Virus record (IMG/VR): IMGVR_UViG_3300037422_000307
Location: 1-64,000 of that record
Origin: an uncultured virus (IMG/VR IMGVR_UViG_3300037422_000307)
Lineage: Duplodnaviria; Heunggongvirae; Uroviricota; Caudoviricetes
DNA length: 64,000 nucleotides
Reading direction: 5' to 3' (one strand)
Shown: piece by piece, positions 9,771-19,201 of the stretch
Position numbering within the stretch: position 1 is the stretch's first letter
Layout of the letters: each line of letters starts with the position of its first letter
Notes under the pieces: generated by a model
Databases searched by the model: none
What the model saw: only the letters and a program-made list of their open reading frames with translations
What the model was told of the DNA's origin: nothing
Made by a program: the position numbers and the translations under genes

Positions 9771-10754
9771 ATGCGTCCCGTTCCGTGTCCGGTCTCAGAG
9801 GAGCGTCTGCGCAGTCTCTACCTCGTCGAGAAGGCCACCGACGCGGAGATCGCTGTCTGCGTCGGTGGTGGAGCGACGCCGGCACGCGTGGCTTCGTGGA
9901 GGAAGCGACTCGGGATCCGCACTCTCCAGAGGTGGGAGAGGAACTTGGTGTCGTCGATTGAGGGACGCCTGCGCTCCATCCTGCTGGGTTCGATGCTTGG
10001 CGATGGAAGGCTCGTCCGTCGTCCCCACTCGACCTACTACAGCGAGTGTCACGAAGAGGAGCAGCTTCCCTATCTCAAGTGGAAGATGGAGGAGTGGGGT
10101 TCCTGGGTGGCGGTGGAGCCCAAGCTCAACGTCAAGATCAAGGAGGGAAGGACCTACCGCTCATGGCGGTTCCACACCAAGGCTCACGCCTCTCTGAATG
10201 AGTGGCAGGCCCTGTTCTACGAACGGCAGGACAAGGGGTGGAAGCGGCTGGTGCCGGACATCGTGGAGATGGTGGACGACCTCGCGCTGGCTGTCTGGTA
10301 CCTGGACGACGGCTTCTGCGGGTGGTGGCCCGACCTCATTTTCGGGGCAGACGCTGGGAGCCGTTCTGTCGCGTGCTCCATCTTTGAGAAGTTCGGCCTG
10401 AAGCCCCGGTGGCATTTGGCGAAGGTTGCCCCCTCCGGGCACGAGACGGGGACCTTTCACATGGAGCGTGAGGACACCGCGGAGCGGTTCCTTGAGATTG
10501 TACGACCGCACGTGCCATCCTGCATGTTGTGGAAAATCGATGGATTCGGGTACGCGTCGGGGCGGAACAACACGATCAAGCGACGGCTCGACCGAGGTCT
10601 CCTGCGCGAACTTGCATCCGAGGGAGTGTCGCTCCGTCAGATGGCAGAGCGCCTGGGTGTGGGAAGCTCGACGATAGACCGTCACCTGCGAAGGTACGGC
10701 ATCGAGCATCCGCGCTTGAAGGGAAACCCTCGATATCGGGAGGTGGGAGCATGA
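9771..10754 (+). CDS. LAGLIDADG-family homing endonuclease with terminal HTH domains
   Basis: LLGSMLGDG and LAVWYLDDG motifs; C-terminal SLRQMAERLGVGSSTIDRHL HTH. Confidence 0.85.
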   Translation: MRPVPCPVSEERLRSLYLVEKATDAEIAVCVGGGATPARVASWRKRLGIRTLQRWERNLVSSIEGRLRSILLGSMLGDGRLVRRPHSTYYSECHEEEQLPYLKWKMEEWGSWVAVEPKLNVKIKEGRTYRSWRFHTKAHASLNEWQALFYERQDKGWKRLVPDIVEMVDDLALAVWYLDDGFCGWWPDLIFGADAGSRSVACSIFEKFGLKPRWHLAKVAPSGHETGTFHMEREDTAERFLEIVRPHVPSCMLWKIDGFGYASGRNNTIKRRLDRGLLRELASEGVSLRQMAERLGVGSSTIDRHLRRYGIEHPRLKGNPRYREVGA

Positions 10755-11680
10755 GCCTCGACGACCTCACCGTCGAGGAGTTCAAGCGCCTCTACTATGA
10801 GGAGCTGTTCACGGAGGCGGAGATCGCCGATCGACTCGGCACTTACCAGGTTGCCATCAACCGTTTTCGGAATCGACACCAGCTGCCCGCGCTCGGGAAG
10901 ACAGGCCGTATCGAGCGACAGCTGCCCGATCTCACGGACCTTCAGCGGAACATCCTCGTTGGATCTTTGCTGGGGGACGGCAGCATGGCTGCACCGAGCC
11001 CGATCACCGCGAGGTTCTCCGAGGGACACAGCTTGGCGCAGAGATCCTACACGGATTGGAAGGCCGAGATCCTGGCTGACTATGTCTCGCAGAGGTACGA
11101 GAGCGTCAAGCACAAGGACGGTCGCACTTACGAGTCGTGGAACTTCGCGACGAGGACGACGACGAGGCTGCGTCCGTACTTCGACCTCTTCTACGGATCG
11201 GGGGTGCGGGTGTTTCCTGACTCGCTGCCTACGCTGATGAATCCTCTCGTGCTGGCCGTCTGGTACCTTGACGATGGCGGGATCATGCAGAAGTTTCATC
11301 CGCGGATCGCCTTCGGCCTCGACGATCTGAGCCTCGAGCGCGCGCTGGCCGGGCTCCGAGCGCTAGGATTCCGTCCGACAGTGCACGAAGAGCAGAAGTG
11401 CCGGACGATCGCCTTCCCGGGCCAGGATCTGCGATTCTACGACATGGTGCGCCCCCACGTCCCACCCTGCATGGCGTACAAGCTGCCTGTGCTCAGTTCC
11501 CGCAAGATCAAGGACGAGAACGCCCGACGGTTGACGGTCGATGTCGCGCAGCACCTCGCCGCGCAGGGCATCTCCGTCACGGAGATAGCCAGGCATTTCG
11601 GTGTCGGGCGCGCCACGGCCAAGCGTCGCCTCGACGGAGAGATTCCGAAGAGGATGGGACGTCCCGCGAGGAATCGGTGA
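10751..11680 (+). CDS. LAGLIDADG-family homing endonuclease with terminal HTH domains (paralogue)
   Basis: ATGA overlap at 10751; LVGSLLGDG and LAVWYLDDG; N- and C-terminal HTH. Confidence 0.85.
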   Translation: MSLDDLTVEEFKRLYYEELFTEAEIADRLGTYQVAINRFRNRHQLPALGKTGRIERQLPDLTDLQRNILVGSLLGDGSMAAPSPITARFSEGHSLAQRSYTDWKAEILADYVSQRYESVKHKDGRTYESWNFATRTTTRLRPYFDLFYGSGVRVFPDSLPTLMNPLVLAVWYLDDGGIMQKFHPRIAFGLDDLSLERALAGLRALGFRPTVHEEQKCRTIAFPGQDLRFYDMVRPHVPPCMAYKLPVLSSRKIKDENARRLTVDVAQHLAAQGISVTEIARHFGVGRATAKRRLDGEIPKRMGRPARNR

Positions 11681-12894
11681 AATCGTACCTCGACGTCGAC
11701 GTCCATGCCGCCGCCATTGAGAGGCTCCGAGAGGTTTTCGCGAACTTCACGAAGGTCTACATCGCCTTCAGCGGCGGCAAGGACAGCGGGGTCCTGCTCA
11801 ACCTGACCGTTGAAGTCGCCAAGGAAGTCGGGAGACTACCGGTCGACGTCCTCTACGTCGACCTTGAGGCACAGTACGCGCACACGGCCGACTACGTCCA
11901 GCGAACGTTATCCAGGCCCGAGGTGCGTCCGCACTGGATCTGCCTTCCCCTGCATCTTAGGAACGCGGTCAGCCAAGTCCAGCCTCACTGGCTGTGCTGG
12001 GACGAGCAGAAGCGCGACGCGTGGGTACGCGCGATGCCCGAGAACACTGGCGTGGTAAGCGACCCGAGCACGTTCCCGTTCTTCCGACGGGGCATGGAAT
12101 TTGAAGAGTTCGTCCCGGAGTTTGGCGAGTGGCTCGCAGCGAGCGAGAACACCGCCTGTCTCGTAGCGATCCGCAGTGATGAGAGCCTCAACAGGTACAG
12201 GACGATCAGGAATGAGGCGAAGGAGACCCTGGAAGGGCGGCCGTGGACGACGCGGGTGACAGACCACGTCTGGAGCTGCTACCCAATCTATGACTGGAGG
12301 ACCGAGGACATCTGGACGGCCAACGGTAAGTTCGGGTGGGACTACAATCGGATCTATGACCTGATGCACCTCGCTGGGCTCTCATTGCACCAGATGCGGC
12401 TTTGTCAGCCGTATGGCGATGACCAACGGAAGGGGTTGTATCTCTTCAAGATGCTCGAGCCGGAAACGTGGTCGAGGGTCGTCGCGAGGGTCGAGGGAGC
12501 GAATTTCGGAAACCGCTACAGCAGGACGCAGTCGCACGTGATGGGGAATTTCAGGGTCTCTCTTCCGCCGGGGCACACCTACGAGAGCTACGCCAAGTTC
12601 CTTCTCGACACCATGCCGCCCTACTTGGCAGCCCACTATCGTCGGAAGATCGACAAGTTCTTGACTTGGTGGTACACGCACGGAGCCGAGCGGGGTTGTC
12701 CGTGTCCGGGGAGGATTCCCGACCAAACGGACCCGAGGCTGGAGAGCAGGCGCGCCGTCCCAAGCTGGCGGAGGATCGCCAAGGTGCTGCTGAAGAACGA
12801 CTACTGGTGTAAGGGCTTGAGTTTTGCGCAGACGAAGCGGGAGATGGAGCGACAACTAGCACTGATCGCCAGTTTCTCGGAGGGGAACGGGTGA
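11677..12894 (+). CDS. PAPS-reductase-family protein, IbrA/YbdN-like (DUF3440)
   Basis: GTGA overlap start; AFSGGKDSG PP-loop; IRSDESLNR, YPIYDWRTEDIW, MRLCQPYGDDQRKGL, LLKNDYWCKGLSF. Confidence 0.88.
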   Translation: MKSYLDVDVHAAAIERLREVFANFTKVYIAFSGGKDSGVLLNLTVEVAKEVGRLPVDVLYVDLEAQYAHTADYVQRTLSRPEVRPHWICLPLHLRNAVSQVQPHWLCWDEQKRDAWVRAMPENTGVVSDPSTFPFFRRGMEFEEFVPEFGEWLAASENTACLVAIRSDESLNRYRTIRNEAKETLEGRPWTTRVTDHVWSCYPIYDWRTEDIWTANGKFGWDYNRIYDLMHLAGLSLHQMRLCQPYGDDQRKGLYLFKMLEPETWSRVVARVEGANFGNRYSRTQSHVMGNFRVSLPPGHTYESYAKFLLDTMPPYLAAHYRRKIDKFLTWWYTHGAERGCPCPGRIPDQTDPRLESRRAVPSWRRIAKVLLKNDYWCKGLSFAQTKREMERQLALIASFSEGNG

Positions 12895-13871
12895 CTTTGA
12901 GTCAGGTCGATTTCCTCCGGCGTGCGCAGGCGCGCCATGGCGACCGGTACGACTATTCGGAGAGCCGGTATACGAGGAAAGATCTGAAGATCGTGATCCG
13001 TTGCCCAACGCATGGCAAGTTTGAGCAGCGCCCTGACAATCATTGGAATGGCCATGGGTGTCGCAAATGTGTGCATGATGAGTGGGCGGCCCATCGTCGG
13101 AAGTCGACGGAGAGGTTTATCAAAGATGCCCACACAGTGCATGGAGATAGGTACGATTACGGACTGGTGTGCTATCAGAAGAGCAACGAGAAGGTTCAGA
13201 TAGGCTGTATGGTCCACGGGGTTTTCGAGCAGACGCCAAACCAGCACCTGAGGGGAGATGGTTGTCCGCGGTGCGGGGGAACCGTGAGGCTCACGACGGA
13301 CGAATTCGTACGACGAGCCCGCTTGTTGCACCGAGATCGCTACGGGTACGATGCAGTCGACTACATCAACATGACCACGAAGGTGACGGTAACGTGCAAG
13401 GAGCACCAGGGATTTTTGGTTACTCCAGCCAACCACCTTTTTGCTAAAAACGGCTGTCCCCTATGTAGGAAATCTAAGGGGGAGATGGCTGTCGAGGAGT
13501 GGCTGGAGGACCATGGCGTTGTGTACCAGTCCCAGAAGAGGTTCTCTGCCTGTCGACATAAACGGCCCCTCCCTTTCGATTTCTACCTCCCTGTGCTCGG
13601 TCTTCTGATCGAGTTCGATGGGGATCAACATCGGGGGAATCTTGCTTCGTGGTCCGATTTCTCGCGCGAGGAAGTTCAAAGGCGAGATGAGATCAAGACT
13701 CGATGGTGTAGATTGAACCGGAAACTGCTTCTGCGAATATCGAGAATCAACGCCGTGGCACCGTCTTTGAGGGCGGCGGTTCTGGGCACTGCTTCAACAA
13801 AGGTGGGCTACCGTGTGCTGGAGGATTTTGAGGCGCAGCGGCGTACTTTTGAGAGGCAGGAGAAGGCATGA
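12891..13871 (+). CDS. Putative homing endonuclease: three Zn-binding repeats (DUF723-like) plus PD-(D/E)xK/Vsr-like nuclease
   Basis: Three repeats of HGDRYDY...C..HG.F.Q....H..G.GC..C; C-terminal LPFDFYLP...LIEFDGDQH. Confidence 0.8.
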   Translation: MTLSQVDFLRRAQARHGDRYDYSESRYTRKDLKIVIRCPTHGKFEQRPDNHWNGHGCRKCVHDEWAAHRRKSTERFIKDAHTVHGDRYDYGLVCYQKSNEKVQIGCMVHGVFEQTPNQHLRGDGCPRCGGTVRLTTDEFVRRARLLHRDRYGYDAVDYINMTTKVTVTCKEHQGFLVTPANHLFAKNGCPLCRKSKGEMAVEEWLEDHGVVYQSQKRFSACRHKRPLPFDFYLPVLGLLIEFDGDQHRGNLASWSDFSREEVQRRDEIKTRWCRLNRKLLLRISRINAVAPSLRAAVLGTASTKVGYRVLEDFEAQRRTFERQEKA

Positions 13872-14485
13872 GCGAGATTGTTGACAAGCTGCGAGGGCTA
13901 CTGGCTGCGGCCGGGGAATTGTCCCTGGATGATCGTGTGGAGATCTTCAATGAAGTCTCCCAGACGATGAAGAAATTCCTAGGTCTTCCACATCCGGTGA
14001 CTGGCGTGAAATTGGTACGGATTGACACGGTTCGCGGCAACGATTACAACCCGAACGTGGTGGCCCCGCCGGAGATGCGCCTCCTGCAGCACTCGATCCG
14101 CAAGGACGGTGTGACGATGCCGGTGGTCGTCGCGCGGGATCCCGAGACTGGGCAGAACGTAGTGGTGGACGGTTTTCACCGGACGACCGTGATCAAGACG
14201 TGCCCCGACGTCCACGAGAGTCTGGGGGGTTATGTACCCGTCGTCGACCTCGACAAGACCCTGGAAGATAGAATGACGTCGACGGTGCGGCACAACTTGG
14301 CCAGAGGGACACATCAGGTGGAATTGAGCGCCAAGCTGGTGACGGCGCTGACGAAGCACCACTGGTCCAACGAGAGGATCAGCGAGGAACTCGGCATGGA
14401 CCCGGACGAGGTATTGAGGCTCAAGCAGATCACCGGGTTGGCCGAGGCGTTCCGAGATCGCGAGTTTTCCAAGGCATGGGAGTGA
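13868..14485 (+). CDS. ParB/Srx-like protein, IbrB/YbdM-like
   Basis: NDYNPNVVAPPEMRLL, VVDGFHR, STVRHNLARGTH, LGMDPDEVLRLKQITGLA. Confidence 0.88.
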   Translation: MSEIVDKLRGLLAAAGELSLDDRVEIFNEVSQTMKKFLGLPHPVTGVKLVRIDTVRGNDYNPNVVAPPEMRLLQHSIRKDGVTMPVVVARDPETGQNVVVDGFHRTTVIKTCPDVHESLGGYVPVVDLDKTLEDRMTSTVRHNLARGTHQVELSAKLVTALTKHHWSNERISEELGMDPDEVLRLKQITGLAEAFRDREFSKAWE

Positions 14486-14570
14486 CTTGTGTGTTCCTCC
14501 CCCCTCGGACCAAGCTTGGAGCGTTGCGGATCTAGTGTGTTGGGTTCCGACCAAGAGAGTAGAAGTGAGG

Positions 14571-15071
14571 ATGCCAGATGCGCTCGCCCAAATCCGAAAG
14601 TTCCGACGTGACGCCGAAAACCCCGACCGCGACCACCTCGCGGGCATCGACATGCTTCGGGGGTGGCTTCGCGGGCTGCACATCGACGTCGTGATCGGCC
14701 ACGACACTGCACAGGACATGACGCAGGACGAGATCGCCGCGCGGCTCGGCGAACATCCCCGAGGTCACGAGCGGTTCGCGAAGATCGACCCGGCCTGGAG
14801 GCCACCGTCGCTCTTCAACCTTCACCGTGATCCGGGAGCGCGATGGGAGCACGGAGTTCCGCATGATCCGAGGTCGCTTGAGTTGTTCGAGTCCGTCAGC
14901 AGGATCGACTTCTCAATGTGCGCCGACTACTTCCATTGGAAGTGGGGAGGCGATGGAGACAACGGGGAGACGCTTATGTACCAGCTCGATGAGCACTTTC
15001 AGCGTCTCGATGAAAGTGTCTATTCAGTCGGTCTACTTGCCCCAAGCAGAGATGGCCATCCTCGTCATTGA
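14571..15071 (+). CDS. Hypothetical protein
   Basis: GAGG before ATG 14571; DYFHWKWGGDGDNGETLMY segment. Confidence 0.6.
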   Translation: MPDALAQIRKFRRDAENPDRDHLAGIDMLRGWLRGLHIDVVIGHDTAQDMTQDEIAARLGEHPRGHERFAKIDPAWRPPSLFNLHRDPGARWEHGVPHDPRSLELFESVSRIDFSMCADYFHWKWGGDGDNGETLMYQLDEHFQRLDESVYSVGLLAPSRDGHPRH

Positions 15072-15249
15072 CCTCATCGACCATGTGAAGGACGTGAAGG
15101 AACTCGAGAGGATAATCTCGCGCTGGGTCTTCGATCCCGATGCACCGTCCGACGAGGTCCCCGTCGAGGTGGAGACGGCATGGCGGCTCTTGATCTATCT
15201 CAAGGGCGGCAACAGCTACCCAAGTACACGGTCGCGAAACCATAGCTAG
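15052..15249 (+). CDS. Small hypothetical protein
   Basis: ATG 15052 in ORF 14827..15249; plausible composition. Confidence 0.4.
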   Translation: MAILVIDLIDHVKDVKELERIISRWVFDPDAPSDEVPVEVETAWRLLIYLKGGNSYPSTRSRNHS

Positions 15250-15460
15250 GCCGTCCGGAACACCAATCGCCATCTCGCTTGTCGGCCTGGGTAAGGCGTC
15301 GCTCAACGCGGGCCCGGCGAATTGCTGATCCGAACGTGAACTCCTAGCATCCCCTTCAGCCAGCCGACCGTCTTGAGCACCGCCTCGCGCAGGCCTCTGG
15401 AATCGCGGGATGCTGTGAGGCCTTAGTCTCTCTATGGGTTTCCGCCGTGCAGGAGACCGC

Positions 15461-16840
15461 ATGCGAGAGGCCCGCCAGAAGGCTCGGACGCCGGAAAGAG
15501 CCAAGCAGCTTTTCGAGGAGTATCGTCGAGAACACCCGGCGACTGAATTATCACCTCGGGACTTCCTGGAGGCCGAGAGGCCCAAGACGCCCTCCGGGGC
15601 GCCCAAGACGCCGGAGGACGCCTTGCTCCGAGAGCGCAGGCAGGACATCCGACAGAGGCGTCCCACTGACCTGCGCGGATACCCCCCGGACGTCCAGCCC
15701 CGCAAGCTCAAGCCCAAACATCGCGAGGAGATCAAGGAATACAACCTTGAGGTCGTCGGCGATGACGCCGTCCAGGCCGTCGACATTGCGAGGAAGGTCC
15801 GCGAGGGTATCGAGAGGGGTGCGGACATCTGCAAGTTGTCTCCACCTGTGTGCGTGGGCAACAAGGGCCTCACGCGGGACAAGATGCCGCAGATCGAGGG
15901 CGGGAAGTCTGTCGCCGAGATGCTGAAATCCGACGATGAGGGCGACAGGGCGAAGGCTCGCGCGATGGTGGAGGCTGGGGCAGACCCGGATGATGATCGC
16001 CCGATCCTCGCGCAGCTCCTCGCGCACTTGGACCGCAACGGGGTCGGGACGTCCGAGACGAGCGTCTCCGTGGGACGGTTGAAGGCGACGCAGAAGGAGA
16101 TTAAGGCTGAGAAGACGTTCAAGATGGCCGATGCCCATCTGCGGGGGAGATTTCCGGGGATCGGTGACACGGTCGTCATATCGCGCGACGGTTACGTTCT
16201 CGACGGCCACCACCGATGGGCGGCCCTGATGACGATCGATCCGTCGCGCAAGATGCGAGTCAAGGTGATCGACATGGACATGGATGACCTGCTTGCCGAG
16301 GCGGCGGCGTTCCCCGGTGTCTACCGGGCTGACTTCGAGGGTGACCCGCTGGCGAAGGACGAGCAGGAAAAGTACAAGCGAGAGCACGAGTCTCGGTACA
16401 AAGGGCGTAAGAAGTCAGCCTTCGTCGAGCGCGTGCTCGGGCTGGCTCGGCGGAATCCGAAGATCATGGCCGCACTGCATCGCGAGATGAAGAGAGTGGC
16501 TCGCGACGGACGAGATCTCAGGTCTCTGCAGTCGAGAGCCGCAGAGTTCTGGCAGGACCTCCACCACGTGCTCGCGCACAGGTGGGGGATGGCGACGAAG
16601 GTCAAGGAGCGGGCTCCGTATCGCTACGTCGTTGTCCGCAGGGACGGGGAGAGCGTCCTCAGGTACGACCTGGATGGCGACGAGGACGGCAACTTCGACG
16701 TGACCGTGCGGCTCCTCGATCCCTCCGACCGCGGCGGCAACAAGTTCGTCAAGGCTCTGCACGAGGTCCGCATCGGTCCGTCTATCGACGGCCTCGTCGA
16801 TCTCGTAGAGAAGATGACGGAGAAGGTCGTCGCGGGGTAG
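15461..16840 (+). CDS. ParB/Srx-like nuclease-domain protein, possible virion-packaged protein
   Basis: AGGAG RBS before ATG 15461; LKATQKEI...VVISRDGYVLDGHHRWAA; preceded by promoter-like motif at 15424. Confidence 0.75.
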   Translation: MREARQKARTPERAKQLFEEYRREHPATELSPRDFLEAERPKTPSGAPKTPEDALLRERRQDIRQRRPTDLRGYPPDVQPRKLKPKHREEIKEYNLEVVGDDAVQAVDIARKVREGIERGADICKLSPPVCVGNKGLTRDKMPQIEGGKSVAEMLKSDDEGDRAKARAMVEAGADPDDDRPILAQLLAHLDRNGVGTSETSVSVGRLKATQKEIKAEKTFKMADAHLRGRFPGIGDTVVISRDGYVLDGHHRWAALMTIDPSRKMRVKVIDMDMDDLLAEAAAFPGVYRADFEGDPLAKDEQEKYKREHESRYKGRKKSAFVERVLGLARRNPKIMAALHREMKRVARDGRDLRSLQSRAAEFWQDLHHVLAHRWGMATKVKERAPYRYVVVRRDGESVLRYDLDGDEDGNFDVTVRLLDPSDRGGNKFVKALHEVRIGPSIDGLVDLVEKMTEKVVAG

Positions 16841-16907
16841 AACGCCCCGATGGATAGGCTCAAGGGTCCGGCACTCCTACTCGCGGCTCGCCATACGGCT
16901 CCGCGAG

Positions 16908-17108
16908 ATGGCGGCCACGCATGCCGGCTATCGTGTCACGTTCCAGGACGAGGACACGTGCGTGGGACGGGGGGGTCGGTCGGCCCCCGTTCGCGTCGCC
17001 CGCCTGTCCGTGTTCGTCCCGCAGCCGGCCTTCCGCAGGGCTCTGGAGAGCAATCCAGGCTTCGCCATGGCCCTGGAGCAGGGGCCGTCATCGGACAGGG
17101 AGAGCTGA
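16908..17108 (+). CDS. Small hypothetical protein
   Basis: 66-aa ORF fitting the gap on the coding strand. Confidence 0.35.
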   Translation: MAATHAGYRVTFQDEDTCVGRGGRSAPVRVARLSVFVPQPAFRRALESNPGFAMALEQGPSSDRES

Positions 17109-17125
17109 CGTTCCACGTGGAACGT
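17108..17125. promoter_or_regulatory. parS-like centromere site
   Basis: Perfect 18-bp palindrome ACGTTCCACGTGGAACGT, intergenic; core matches the bacterial chromosomal parS consensus GTT(T/C)CACGTG(A/G)AAC. Confidence 0.8.
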
Positions 17126-17166
17126 GTTTCCCCGTGCTGTCCCGTATTTTCAGGAGAAAGCCTCCG

Positions 17167-17406
17167 ATGAGCTATCGCGTCTGGGACAAGATCAACAGCG
17201 ATGAGGAGCACGCCGAGGAGGTCGAGGCCAACTCGCCCGAGGAGGCGGCCGAGCGGTACGCCGAGGACGACGTTGACGGGAACATCGACGGAATCTACGT
17301 CAACGGCCACGTCCTCCGCGTCCGCGATCCCGAGGGTGTCCTCCATGAGATCGCCGTGACGGTCGAGTTCGACCCTGTCTACTACACAAGGAAGGTAGGG
17401 GAATGA
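17167..17406 (+). CDS. Small acidic hypothetical protein
   Basis: AGGAG RBS; VEANSPEEAAERYAE pattern. Confidence 0.7.
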   Translation: MSYRVWDKINSDEEHAEEVEANSPEEAAERYAEDDVDGNIDGIYVNGHVLRVRDPEGVLHEIAVTVEFDPVYYTRKVGE

Positions 17407-17786
17407 CTGAGCACGGCGCGAGCGTTTCGGTTTTCCGGCGAGCCGTACAGAAGGCACAGGAAAAGCCGGAGGTAGGAGGTTCGGCCTTCAGGACGCACTT
17501 GGCTTGTGTCTTCGGAGAATGTGCCTCGTCATTCTCGAAGGACTTACTGGAGCTGCTGTACGACGTATGGCTGTTGGGAGTCAAGATCGGGGAGGGCACC
17601 GCATGCGAGGCATGCGGGAACATAGGTGACGTGCAGCCTGAGGATTCCCGCACGATGTACGAGTGGAACGGAGACGGCGATAATCCAAACAGCCCAATTC
17701 GCCTTTGCCGAGACTGTGCCGCAGACCACCACGCGAATTGGGATGAGACGTGGCGAGAGTACAAAGCCAGTCTCCTGTGGCGGTAG
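17403..17786 (+). CDS. Hypothetical Zn-binding protein
   Basis: ATGA overlap; CEACG...LCRDCA. Confidence 0.6.
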   Translation: MTEHGASVSVFRRAVQKAQEKPEVGGSAFRTHLACVFGECASSFSKDLLELLYDVWLLGVKIGEGTACEACGNIGDVQPEDSRTMYEWNGDGDNPNSPIRLCRDCAADHHANWDETWREYKASLLWR

Positions 17787-17787
17787 C

Positions 17788-18012
17788 ATGGCAATCGTGG
17801 AGCGCCGCGAAGATGTTCTGTCGAGAATTCGCCGAGACGCCGATCTTGGGTACTGCTACTGTGGGAGTAGATTCGTCGACCACGACTTTGACTGCCCACC
17901 GCTCGGCGAGAGGCGGTGCGGAGCGTGTGAGGGACGGGGAAAGGTTCGGACCATTGGGACAGGTCAGCATCCGTGGCGGAGATGTTCGGACTGCGGCGGC
18001 CGTGGGTGGTGA
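17788..18012 (+). CDS. Small DnaJ-type zinc-finger protein
   Basis: CGACEGRG...CSDCGGRG. Confidence 0.55.
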   Translation: MAIVERREDVLSRIRRDADLGYCYCGSRFVDHDFDCPPLGERRCGACEGRGKVRTIGTGQHPWRRCSDCGGRGW

Positions 18013-18131
18013 GCCAGCCTATCGGACATCCTCAGCAAGTCATGGATGACGAACTTCCACGATCCTTTCCCCATCGACAACCTCAACCGAGCGGCATCCG
18101 TGGCATCAGGAGGCGCCGTCGCCCGCGGGAG

Positions 18132-18650
18132 ATGCCCAGCAGCCACTTGGCCTCCGGATTGGAGGGCAGGAGCGTGGGAGATAGGGGTGGGAAGGGCGTG
18201 TTTACCGTGCGTCGTGTCGTAGCCGGGGAGACCGTGGTCATCTTCGGTGGCACGGTTCTATTGCTTGAAGATGCGAGGCGAGCCGGTTCTCGGTGGAGGT
18301 CCAGGACGATCCAGATTGACGATGACCGCTTTCTCTATTCGGTCGTCGAGGGTCCGGCCGACTGGATCAACCACTCCTGCAAGCCCAACTGCGGCATGCA
18401 GGGGCCCATCACGGTCGTCGCGATGCGCGACATCTCGCCTGGAGAGGAGCTGACATTCGACTACGCCACGGTCGACGGGGTCGCTTACGACGAGTTCGAT
18501 TGTCTGTGTAACGAGCCGTCATGTCGAGGGCGGATCACGGGCGACGATTGGATGCTTCCTGATTTGCAGGCCCGTTATGCCGGGTGGTTTTCCCCGTATC
18601 TCCAGCGGCGCATTGACGCTCTCGGGCGTCTCGGATGCAGCGGCACGTAG
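18132..18650 (+). CDS. SET-domain protein-lysine methyltransferase with post-SET motif
   Basis: GKGVF, INHSCKPNC, GEELTFDY, CLCNEPSCRG. Confidence 0.9.
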   Translation: MPSSHLASGLEGRSVGDRGGKGVFTVRRVVAGETVVIFGGTVLLLEDARRAGSRWRSRTIQIDDDRFLYSVVEGPADWINHSCKPNCGMQGPITVVAMRDISPGEELTFDYATVDGVAYDEFDCLCNEPSCRGRITGDDWMLPDLQARYAGWFSPYLQRRIDALGRLGCSGT

Positions 18651-18658
18651 AAGGAACA

Positions 18659-19192
18659 ATGGGTCCGCGCGTCTTGACGATCGGCCACAGCAGCCACCCC
18701 CTGACGCGGTTCCTGGAACTTCTGCGCATGCACGAGGTCGATCTCCTGCTCGACGTACGGAGCAATCCGTACAGCAAGTTCTCGCCGCACTTCAACCGAG
18801 AGACACTACGCAGAGCCGTTGACGGCGGAATGCTCTTGTACGGCTATGGCGGCGATCGCCTGGGCGGTCGTCCGTTGGACCCAGCCTTCCTCGACGATCG
18901 CGGGAAGCCCTCGTACGCAAAGATCACCGTATCCCGGCCATTTCAAGAGGCGATTGCGGACCTGATTGCTGGCCTCCAAGAACAGGGTGGCAACCTGTGT
19001 CTTATGTGCAGCGAGGAGGATCCGACTGACTGCCACCGAAGGTGTCTCGTGGGTGCTGCACTGGCTCGGCACGGAGTCGTTGTCTGTCACGTACGGGGTG
19101 ACGGGACAGTCGAGACCGAGGACGCCGTTGCCCGCAGATCGATCGACGACCAGACTAGCATCCTTGACGTCCTCGGATGGGATGATCGGTAG
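18659..19192 (+). CDS. DUF488-family protein
   Basis: LTIGHS, LLDVRSNPYS, LGGRP, LMCSEEDPTDCHR. Confidence 0.88.
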   Translation: MGPRVLTIGHSSHPLTRFLELLRMHEVDLLLDVRSNPYSKFSPHFNRETLRRAVDGGMLLYGYGGDRLGGRPLDPAFLDDRGKPSYAKITVSRPFQEAIADLIAGLQEQGGNLCLMCSEEDPTDCHRRCLVGAALARHGVVVCHVRGDGTVETEDAVARRSIDDQTSILDVLGWDDR

Positions 19193-19201
19193 GATCTCCC
19201 C

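Noticed and set aside
13868..14485. Canonical partitioning ParB for the parS site
   Set aside because: Motifs match the IbrB/YbdM type paired with the PAPS-reductase-like gene; no adjacent parA
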